Assembly (NCBI GenBank): GCA_032718475.1 | Contig: JAUCBJ010007533.1 | Location: 1 to 64,000, forward strand | Direction: 5' to 3' | DNA from: Nemertoderma westbladi | Taxonomy: Eukaryota > Animalia > Xenacoelomorpha | Length of the DNA: 64,000 nt | In this document: positions 57,901 through 64,000 of the stretch, piece after piece | Numbering within the stretch: position 1 is the stretch's first letter | Layout: every line of letters starts with the position of its first letter | The notes under the pieces: model-generated | Database searches by the model: none | Seen by the model: the letters and a program-made list of their open reading frames with translations, nothing else | What the model was told of the DNA's origin: nothing | Made by a program: the position numbers and the translations under genes

Positions 57901-58649
57901 ATAGCTATGTTTTTGGCGTTTGCGCTGGTGGATAGCCCATTAAATTTTGTAAATAACAGAACACATTTGTAAATAAGCTACAGCTTTAGGGGTAATACGA
58001 TATGTTGGACAATACCTATTATAATATTGTTATTGTTTTTACATAATGTGTGATAATAATTTTACAAACTAATTGCAACTATCTAACTAGTTAGTAAACT
58101 GGTAATTCCGGTAAAATTCCGGCCGGAATTGACCCCATTCCGGCAATTCCGACCGGAACCGGAATCTGGCAAAAACCGCCGGAATTCCGGCAGGAACGGA
58201 ATTCCAGGACATCCCTAATTATTATTATAAATGTTCGAATATGTACAGACAGTGTTCGGTAATCATAGATTAATATAGCAGTACCGTCCTCGCATTCTAT
58301 GGTGGTAATATTAAGCCATAAACATGGTAATACTCATGAGTTTTGGTTTCCAATTGAACTTGGTGGGTATTGTTGTAATGGATTTGTCTGACTTGGTGAA
58401 AACTCTCGCAAGTGTATTCCTTCATGTTGATCTTATTTACTTATTATATTGTTGTTTATTTAGTTAGTTATATTATATTGTTGTTTATTCCCTTAGCAAC
58501 AGTTTATTGGCGACAGCTCCGGCGCTATTATCCGGGCTGTCTCGCCACCGCCCCACTCCGGACTGACCGAGGACCAGTTTGTGTCGTTGTCCGACGATGA
58601 CTCGTATTATGACGCGGACGACAGCAGTCAAGGCCCTTCCCGCTACTGA
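33768..58649 (+). CDS. PCYT1: Choline-phosphate cytidylyltransferase (CCT), 6 exons, 359 aa
   Basis: Exons 33768-33948, 35489-35680, 41184-41335, 41450-41671, 42682-42861, 58497-58649 sum to 1080 nt in frame. Motifs [15 protein letters not shown] (HxGH), [33 protein letters not shown], amphipathic M domain KWEEK..FI..F, Ser/acidic tail. Confidence 0.95.
34311..35174. mobile_element. Non-autonomous TIR element with 8-bp TSD (P- or hAT-like)
   Basis: CAAGGGTTATCAA (34318-34330) / TTGATAGCCCTTG, flanking TGTACAGG (34303-34310, 35175-35182), subterminal CAATTAATTG palindromes. Confidence 0.7.
35489..35680 (+). CDS. PCYT1: PCYT1 exon 2
   Basis: atAG / GTatgt; [26 protein letters not shown]. Confidence 0.95.
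35699..39777. mobile_element. 4.1-kb non-autonomous TIR element with 4-bp TSD TGTT
   Basis: TIRs GGTCATTGGTCAGTAA / TTATTGACCAATGACC; TGTT at 35695-35698 and 39778-39781; internal TATACCTTGG repeats; no transposase ORF seen. Confidence 0.75.
37806..39386. mobile_element. Nested TIR element with TA TSD (Tc1/mariner/pogo-like, non-autonomous)
   Basis: TIRs GGGTCAGGTGGGGT..AATGAGTATA / TATACTCATT..ACCCCACCTGACCC; splits a host acgTAtaccttgg repeat with TA duplication. Confidence 0.8.
40933..41068. mobile_element. Small MITE-like element
   Basis: AAGGCCGGTTTAC / GTAAATCAGCCTT termini; internal GTCAGCAAC / GTTGCTGAC. Confidence 0.5.
41184..41335 (+). CDS. PCYT1: PCYT1 exon 3
   Basis: gcAG / GTgagt; [23 protein letters not shown]. 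Confidence 0.95.
41450..41671 (+). CDS. PCYT1: PCYT1 exon 4
   Basis: tcAG / GTagaa; [32 protein letters not shown] (not in ORF track). Confidence 0.95.
41862..42045. mobile_element. MITE-like element
   Basis: GGCAACGATTT.GAAA / TTTCAAAATCGTTGCC inverted termini. Confidence 0.6.
42180..42603 (+). mobile_element. 3' fragment of an RTE-like LINE
   Basis: [23 protein letters not shown]-terminal ORF2 motif, followed by a (TAG)n tail. Confidence 0.75.
42682..42861 (+). CDS. PCYT1: PCYT1 exon 5 (membrane-binding M domain)
   Basis: ttAG / GTaagt; [33 protein letters not shown]. Confidence 0.93.
42849..43910 (+). repeat. 29-bp tandem array spanning the PCYT1 exon 5 splice donor, about 36.6 copies
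   Basis: Unit AGACAGTACATTC|GTAAGTATAAGTTGGT = last 13 nt of exon + first 16 nt of intron. Confidence 0.97.
43920..45420 (+). mobile_element. Degenerate LINE RT fragment (CR1/L2-like)
   Basis: Broken frames with QFGFR, GVPQG, QYADDT, VKYLGV motifs; (ATT)n-rich 3' end. Confidence 0.75.
44080..44319 (-). mobile_element. tRNA-derived SINE inserted in the LINE fragment
   Basis: Minus strand begins GGGATGGTAGCTCAGTTGG (A box), degenerate B box GGTTCAGCCC, central CACTCAGCCTTTCATCC..GGTCGATAAAATGAGTACCAG (resembles Meta/Sauria-type SINE core, from memory); 13-bp TSD AACTCCCATCAAT (44067-44079, 44320-44332). Confidence 0.85.
45438..45877. repeat. 63-bp minisatellite, 7 copies (continues at 57348-57472)
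   Basis: GTAATTGGGTTGGCCTAGCTACTCTCTCCTTTGACGCCTATTCGTTCACTAACTATCAGTCCA, split by LTR element 2. Confidence 0.95.
45878..46414 (-). repeat. 3' LTR of element 2
   Basis: 537 bp, adjacent [12 protein letters not shown]. Confidence 0.96.
47126..48385 (-). CDS. Accessory ORF part 2: three tandem CCHC zinc knuckles, basic tail
   Basis: [42 protein letters not shown] (about 47642-47812); frame open from 48385 and overlapping part 1 in the +1 frame. Confidence 0.8.
   Translation of the reverse strand, partial: GENWDGRWDRRNKSTSGLHAMPIPAGAEGDQPPRKLRELEGWRATGESQGGKGHSGSTGIPGLETLPEEEDNDDEFGEIPPIERIGHSDTDWVGGRVVTASGARAFWNRSGKRTWVHEGPAMDFTGSTIRLGEQPGTAPRIVFGETMPERGGEIDVNRESNVEKFAYQRLHRPRRSLGTKDEVGRETLVLGCDYCGRQTHQESSCLYRFQRGTFCLYCREPSHRMGACPRLHNRCPKCHFRGHYGRECDWMSDEEKFTRFEEWADVGAMTRQRMKAQEFKWGFFLINQETHMEIIKRRLPFTYQEVATAASFAGVMNTQRYLDRWTPENRREFRDFLAEHVPKAMKMILWDATRGKQPGHSEGPPAKRYRALITPAPKEPTTGISKEVAAKVRKQKADDARGAVITKKRAREEDVRRYR
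48222..49670 (-). CDS. Accessory ORF part 1: DEDDy 3'-5' exonuclease (WRN/Mut-7/EXD-like) + coiled coil
   Basis: ExoI ILDDEG; LLHLA..DIFLFDL; [20 protein letters not shown] (ExoII); NLLDMQ; [11 protein letters not shown]; ExoIII-like QKRYILQED. First ATG at 49661. Confidence 0.75.
   Translation of the reverse strand: MFGMASKLIRKRKAESGGKEILVDFTERHPEEKTRGYYERLERGHAARALQDHFREAHEQRLVGTYGMPSLDNTIFQHFHYVVKGDEAKFGIPKYPRESPRKDWKRFIESVNRGGYMILDDEGTVEDEAGSRRGTAGSARTILLHLAAPNGDIFLFDLGTYGKKDGPKLDRLPKAVQVLVREKSTTKVGSAIREDAERIIGPDATNLLDMQKVFMAMTAPDGLEVVENSGQSGAVAMGQLLGLVCHKPMDWGKFREEYGAELANSLKWGARPGKQEVYQFRRGAIKVYQKRYILQEDWMMISLLNLFMTVVIEREPGAFLLSGSPLSYRKAFKTAFDGLVDHPGLKGESVYYNSRHLVDGETDTPYQRWEQLEMDRREAKRLEEVARRERIEAEEREEEARAQSYGFEEQAGLDELHWTSSGSSGESLGRELGWTVGSPKQVDVGVARDAHTSGRRGRPTAKEVKGARGMESYGREPRREGT
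50150..50660. repeat. Tandem array inside element 2, ~29-35 bp units, core GGTACTACGTACC
   Basis: About 15 copies, same core and same relative position as 8785-9262. Confidence 0.9.
50815..53418 (-). CDS. BEL/Pao gag core + aspartic protease + degenerate integrase relic (no RT/RNase H)
   Basis: [15 protein letters not shown] and CSRC..GH..C knuckles, intact LVDSGA; C-terminal part aligns weakly with element 1 integrase. Confidence 0.9.
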   Translation of the reverse strand: MTYPSQRRSRNRTDEPHQTGETIQHPSNPLEAQAMGMATLIDALKTRIELPPVEPFKFDGSRPEEYLQFRRMYSNEILTKNLTQAECLKYLQVYTGGPAYDIVRQYQGIEGGFTTAWRALDREYGHPAKIIRQTLRGITSGGLQDNPVSIKTFANKVEKALIVLKTLDAPYELNASNNITTIAQALPSWLRNKWRKIAFSTRDKKGAEPGLEEMSNFLNYEAELITDPVYSEDSLGKGPKTDHYRPKPEHNTSNALPRLRQSLPYAATQGTASPQTSEDKTTSRDGQGNNNNMNKHNPSTSSRSNPVNKNSRDFGTNITAIRNALYKEGYDPKSKCQLHANALHKTMNCRYWQALPRQDQIDYASSNKICSRCVKSGHKARECQEKPVKFGQRRGQTMATSTVGAKKGGTVLLGVVPVRVIGEGNRSVTTLMLVDSGAAFTLVEEWVAEEIGLRTRPSRMAVTTISSKDEILEMRTGRCAIAAVAPGCDYGATIDPIQVIESININARRPTNIEVEQYKFLDNIDFSIPDVDVRKVSIIVGMDCPTAHERMQTVFGEDKQSDPVAILTPFGWTLTGPIKSNIPFHVSESSGCMMPGTDEIEERPEMGNSGRQLEVEATPREWAEENGMDAEDLEAMGWNKGPSKYRYGDGEERTVECREDKPEKCPVECPEERPEETPVRLRGIPTRGKPSKNTRWKGRRCETIRPGAEKPMNKHMVDKGGGRVGGVLRTHAELTECEGALHGQTSCIPKDERGSLKPLMPAHILRGRPTEVASKIKEKNRGGIIPPSDTLKGGTLPPRDDHEIRNINRRQHLPKQEKRPPIELTRRAERRIREPIGGQWESCLLEESPLGSLSCPTGWTGMEELDP
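53419..56692 (-). CDS. Long N-terminal gag extension of element 2 (coiled coil, Asn-rich and repeat regions), broken by three single-base frameshifts
   Basis: ORFs 54992-56692, 54082-54822 and 53531-54301 chain into 50815-53418 if indels at homopolymers near 55001, 54410 and 53545 are corrected; homologous pieces in element 1 at 14450-15143 and 18192-18656. Confidence 0.75.
56809..57347 (-). repeat. 5' LTR of element 2
   Basis: 539 bp, nearly identical to 45878-46414. Confidence 0.96.
57045..57135 (-). promoter_or_regulatory. Putative LTR core promoter (CCAAT, TATA, Inr)
   Basis: Minus strand AACCAATCAG, TATAA at 57080-57076, TCAGTT with A at 57050, 30 nt downstream of TATA; similar arrangement in element 1 LTR. 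Confidence 0.5.
57348..57472. repeat. Remainder of the 63-bp minisatellite (2 copies)
   Basis: Same unit as 45438-45877. Confidence 0.93.
58497..58649 (+). CDS. PCYT1: PCYT1 exon 6 (phosphorylation tail, stop)
   Basis: cttAG acceptor (alternative in-frame cAG 6 nt later); [17 protein letters not shown]. Confidence 0.8.
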   Translation, partial: QQFIGDSSGAIIRAVSPPPHSGLTEDQFVSLSDDDSYYDADDSSQGPSRY

Positions 58650-59239
58650 GAGCGGTGTCTCTCTGTCTGCGGTCTGGGGGCCCTTTCTACTACAGAGTCT
58701 CCCTCTATAAACTCCTACCTACGTCCCACACCTGAGCTATAGGGTTTAGAGTTTAGATCTACTACAATCACTGTAACATATTTATTACCTTAATTTTTAA
58801 CGTTTTTAATGAATGGGAGTTTATATTTAGTCTGGTTGTCTCGCTAGTGAATAATTATTTTATGATTAATTTAATTTTATCCGAAACTCGATACATTTAT
58901 ATACCCCGTTTGTATTTAACGTAGCTGCTTCCATAAAGTAATAAAATATATTAAAAAAAAATGTATAAAAAGCGCCGTTAATATTAATAGTTATAAATAT
59001 AATATAATATATCAAAATAATATAATAAATAAATAATATAATATATCAAAATTTATTAATTATGATCAATTTCAGTTTCAGTATACAATACAATACACTT
59101 TATTTAATTCATCACATGTAAAAGTCTAAATGTGTGTAATAGTGCTTAATATCTTATAAACTAAAAAATTGTTTAAAAACTTAAAAAGGGAAAATGAGTT
59201 TATATTTTTGGTTATAAAATTTGTATCCATACTTGGGTA

Positions 59240-62200
59240 GTGCACGTCGCACTAGATACTGGTGCAGTGCACTTCACACTGGCACAGTGCACTTCATACT
59301 GGTGCAGTGCACTTCTTACTGGTGAAGTGCACTTCATACTGGTGAAGTGCACTTCATACTGGTGCAGTGCACTTCATACTGGTGCAGTGCACTTCATACT
59401 GGTGAAGTGCACTTCATACTGGTGCAGTGCACTTCATACTGGTGCAGTGCACTTCATACTGGTGCAGTGCACTTCATACTGGTACAGTGCACTTCGTACT
59501 GGTACAGTGCACTTAATACTGGTGCAGTGCACTTCATACTGGTGCAGTGCACTTCGTACTGGTGCAGTGCACTTCGTACTGGTACAGTGCACTTCATACT
59601 GGTGCAGTGCACTTCGTACTGGTGCAGTGCACTTCATACTGGTGCAGTGCACTTCATACTGGTGCAGTGCACTTCATACTGGTGCAGTGCACTTCATACT
59701 GGTGCAGTGCACTTCGTACTGGTGCAGTGCACTTCATACTGGTGCAGTGCACTTCGTACTGGTAAAGTGCACTTCATACTGTGCAGTGCACTTCATACTG
59801 GTGCAGTGCACTTCATACTGGTGCAGTGCACTTCGTACTGGTGCAGTGCACTTCATACTGGTGCAGTGCACTTCGTACTGGTACAGTGCACTTCGTACTG
59901 GTGCAGTGCACTTCATACTGTGCAGTGCACTTCATACTGGTGCAGTGCATTTCATACTGGTGCAGTGCACTTCGTACTGGTGCAGTGTACTTCATACTGG
60001 TGCAGTGCACTTCTTACTGGTGCAGTGCACTTCATACTGGTGCAGTGCACTTCATACTGATGCAGTGCACTTCGTACTGGTGCTGTGCACTTCATACTGG
60101 TGCAGTGCACTTCTTACTGGTGCAGTGCACTTCGTACTGGTGCAGTGCATTTCGTACTGGTGTAGTGCACTTCATACTGGAGCAGTTCACTTCATACTGG
60201 TGCAGTGCACTTCATACTGGTGCAGTGCACTTCATACTGGTGCAATGCACTTCATAGTGGTGCAGTGCACTTCATACTGGTGCAGTGCACTTCATACTGG
60301 TGCAGTGCACTTCATACTGGTGCAGTGCACTTCGTAATGGTGCAGTGCACTTCGTACTGGTACAGTGCACTTCATACTGGAGGAGTGCACTTCATACTCG
60401 TGCAGTGCACTTCATACTGGTGCAGTGCACTTCATACTGGTGCAGTGCACTTCATACTGGTGCAGTGCACTTCGTACTGGTGCAGTGCACTTCATACTGG
60501 TGCAGTGCACTTCATACTGGTGCAGTGCACTTCATACTGGTGCAGTGCACTTCATACTGGTGCAGTGCACTTCATACTGGTGCAGTGCACTTCATACTGG
60601 TGCAGTGCACTTCATACTGGTGCAGTGCACTTCATACTGGTGCAGTGCACTTCATCCTGGTGCAGTGCACTTCATACTGGTGCAGTGCACTTCATACTGG
60701 TGCAGTGCACTTCGTACTGGTACAGTGCACTTCATACTGGTGCAGTGCACTTCATACTGGTGCAGGGCACTTCGTACTGGTGCAGTGCACTTCATACTGG
60801 TGCAGTGCACTTCATACTGGTGCAGTGCACTTCATACTGGTGCAGTGCACTTCGTACTGGTGCAGTGCACTTCATACTGGTGCAGTGCACTTCATACTGG
60901 TGCAGTGCACTTCATACTGGTGCAGTGCACTTCATACTGGTGCAGTGCACTTCATACTGGTGCAGTGCACTTCTTACTGGTGCAGTGCATTTCATACAGG
61001 TGCAGTGCACTTCATACTGGTGCAGTACACTTCATACTGGTGCAGTGCACTTCGTACTGGTGCAGTGCACTTCATACTGGTGCAGTGCACTTCATACTGG
61101 TGCAGTGCACTTCTTACTGGTGCAGTGCACTTCATACTGGTGCAGTGCACTCCTTACTCGTGCAGTGCACTTCATACTGGTGCAGTGCACTTCATACTGG
61201 TGCAGTGCACTTCATACTGGTGCAGTGCACTTCATACTGGTGCAGTGCACTTCATACTGGTGCAGTGCACTTCATACTGGTGCAGTGCACTTCATACTGG
61301 TGCAGTGCACTTCTTACTGGTGCAGTGCACTTCATACTGGTGCAGTGCACTTCGTACTGGTGCAGTGCACTTCGTACTGGTGCAGTGCACTTCATACTGG
61401 TGCAGTGCACTTCATACTGGTGCAGTGCACTTCTTACTGGTGCAGTGCACTTCTTACTGGTGCAGTGCACTTCATACTGGTGCAGTGCACTTCATACTGG
61501 TGCAGTGTACTTCATACTGGTGCAGTGCACTTCATACTGGTGCAGTGCACTTCTTACTGGTGCAGTGCACTTCATACTGGTGCAGTGCACTTCATACTGG
61601 TACAGTGCACTTCGTACTGGTGCAGTGCACTTCATACTGGTGCAGTGCACTTCATACTGGTGCAGTGCACTTCTTACTGGTGCAGTGCACTTCGTACTGG
61701 TGCAGTGCACTTCATACTGGTGCAGTGCACTTCATACTGGTACAGTGCACTTCGTACTGGTGCAGTGCACTTCATACTGGTGCAGTGCACTTCATACTGG
61801 TGCAGTGCACTTCATACTGGTGCAGTGCACTTCATACTGGTGCAGTGCACTTCTTACTGGTGCAGTGCACTTCTTACTGGTGCAGTGCACTTCTTACTGG
61901 TGCAGTGCACTTCATACTGGTGCAGTGTACTTCATACTGGTGCAGTGCACTTCATACTGGTGCAGTGCACTTCATACTGGTGCAGTGCACTTCTTACTGG
62001 TGCAGTGCACTTCGTACTGGTGCAGTGCACTTCATACTGGTGCAGTGCACTTCATACTGGTACAGTGCACTTCGTACTGGTGCAGTGCACTTCATACTGG
62101 TGCAGTGCACTTCATACTGGTGCAGTGCACTTCATACTGGTGCAGTGCACTTCATACTGGTACAGTGCACTTCGTACTGGTGCAGTGCACTTCATACTGG

Positions 62201-64000
62201 TGCAGTGCACTTCATACTGGTGCAGTGCACTTCATACTGGTACAGTGCACTTCATACTGGTGCAGTGCACTTCATACTGGTACAGTGCACTTCGTACTGG
62301 TGCAGTGCACTTCATACTGGTGCAGTGCACTTCATACTGGTGCAGTGCACTTCATACTGGTGCAGTGCACTTCATACTGGTGCAGTGCACTTCATACTGG
62401 TACACTGCACTTCATACTGGTGCAGTGTACTTCATACTGGTGCAGTGCACTTCGTACTGGTGCAGTGCACTTCATACTGGTGCAGTGCACTTCATACTGG
62501 TACAGTGAACTTCGTATTGGTGCAGTGCACTTCGTACTGGTGCAGTGCACTTCATACTGGTGCAGTGCACTTCATACTGGTGCAGTGCACTTCATACTGG
62601 TACAGTGCACTTCGTACTGGTGCAGTGCACTTCATACTGGTGCAGTGCACTTCATACTGGTGCAGTGCACTTCATACTGGTACAGTGCACTTCATACTGG
62701 TGCAGTTCACTTCATACTGGTACAGTGCACTTCGTACTGGTGCAGTGCACTTCATACTGGTGCAGTGCACTTCATACTGGTGCAGTGCACTTCATACTGG
62801 TGCAGTGCACTTCATACTGGTGCAGTGCACTTCATACTGGTACATTGCACTTCATACTGGTGCAGTGTACTTCATACTGGTGCAGTGCACTTCGTACTGG
62901 TGCAGTGCACTTCATACTGGTGCAGTGCACTTCATACTGGTACAGTGAACTTCGTATTGGTGCAGTGCACTTCGTACTGGTGCAGTGCACTTCATACTGG
63001 TGCAGTGCACTTCATACTGGTGCAGTGCACTTCATACTGGTGCAATGCACTTCATACTGGTGCAGTGAACTTCGTATTGGTGCAGTGCACTTCATACTGG
63101 TGCAGTGCACTTCATACTGGTGCAGTGCACTTCGTACTGGTAAAGTGCACTTCATACTGTGCACTGCACTTCATACTGGTGCAGTGCACTTCATACTGGT
63201 GCAGTGCACTTCGTACTGGTGCAGTGCACTTCATACTGGTGCAGTGCACTTCGTACTGGTACAGTGCACTTCGTACTGGTGCAGTGCACTTCATACGGTG
63301 CAGTGCACTTCATACTGGTGCAGTGCATTTCATACTGGTGCAGTGCACTTCGTACTGGTGCAGTGTACTTCATACTGGTGCAGTGCACTTCTTACTGGTG
63401 CAGTGCACTTCATACTGGTGCAGTGCACTTCATACTGATGCAGTGCACTTCGTACTGGTGCTGTGCACTTCATACTGGTGCAGTGCACTTCTTACTGGTG
63501 CAGTGCACTTCGTACTGGTGCAGTGCATTTCGTACTGGTGCAGTGCACTTCATACTGGAGCAGTTCACTTCATACTGGTGCAGTGCACTTCATACTGGTG
63601 CAGTGCACTTCATACTGGTGCAATGCACTTCATAGTGGTGCAGTGCACTTCATACTGGTGCAGTGCACTCCATACTGGTGCAGTGCACTTCATACTGGTG
63701 CAGTGCACTTCGTAATGGTGCAGTGCACTTCGTACTGGTACAGTGCACTTCATACTGGAGGAGTGCACTTCATACTCGTGCAGTGCACTTCATACTGGTG
63801 CAGTGCACTTCATACTGGTGCAGTGCACTTCGTACTGGTGCAGTGCACTTCATACTGGTGCAGTGCACTTCGTACTGGTGCAGTGCACTTCATACTGGTG
63901 CAGTGCACTTCATACTGGTGCAGTGCACTTCATACTGGTGCAGTGCACTTCATACTGGTGCAGTGCACTTCATACTGGTGCAGTGCACTTCATACTGGTG
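59240..64000. repeat. 20-bp satellite (TGCAGTGCACTTCATACTGG)n running off the window end
   Basis: More than 230 tandem copies containing the palindrome AGTGCACT; variant blocks duplicated. Confidence 0.98.

Noticed and set aside
59240-63715. Cys/His-rich ORFs up to 1116 aa
   Set aside because: Translation of a 20-bp satellite, open in all three frames

Overview
AT-rich animal (invertebrate-like) genomic window. It holds the last 17 coding exons of a DOCK-D/zizimin GEF (DOCK9/10/11-like, + strand) and a complete 6-exon choline-phosphate cytidylyltransferase (PCYT1/CCT, + strand, 359 aa). An intronless divergent 7TM/GPCR-like gene lies antisense in a DOCK intron. Introns are filled with minisatellites, MITE-like elements, a SINE and LINE fragments, and two related BEL/Pao LTR retrotransposons (both - strand, 5-bp TSDs). 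Element 1 (7130-19008) is a decayed pol-bearing copy with a nested LINE. Element 2 (45878-57347) has near-identical LTRs and has lost RT/RNase H. It keeps gag-protease, an in-frame integrase relic, and a large accessory gene in the env position encoding a WRN/Mut-7/EXD-like DEDDy 3'-5' exonuclease followed by three CCHC knuckles. Element 2 has no tRNA-type PBS; the PBS position is complementary to its own LTR, suggesting possible self-priming. Other oddities are a ~36-copy tandem array of a live PCYT1 splice donor and a LINE whose ORF2 follows ORF1 in frame after a TAG with no ATG. All calls are by eye, with no database searches run.
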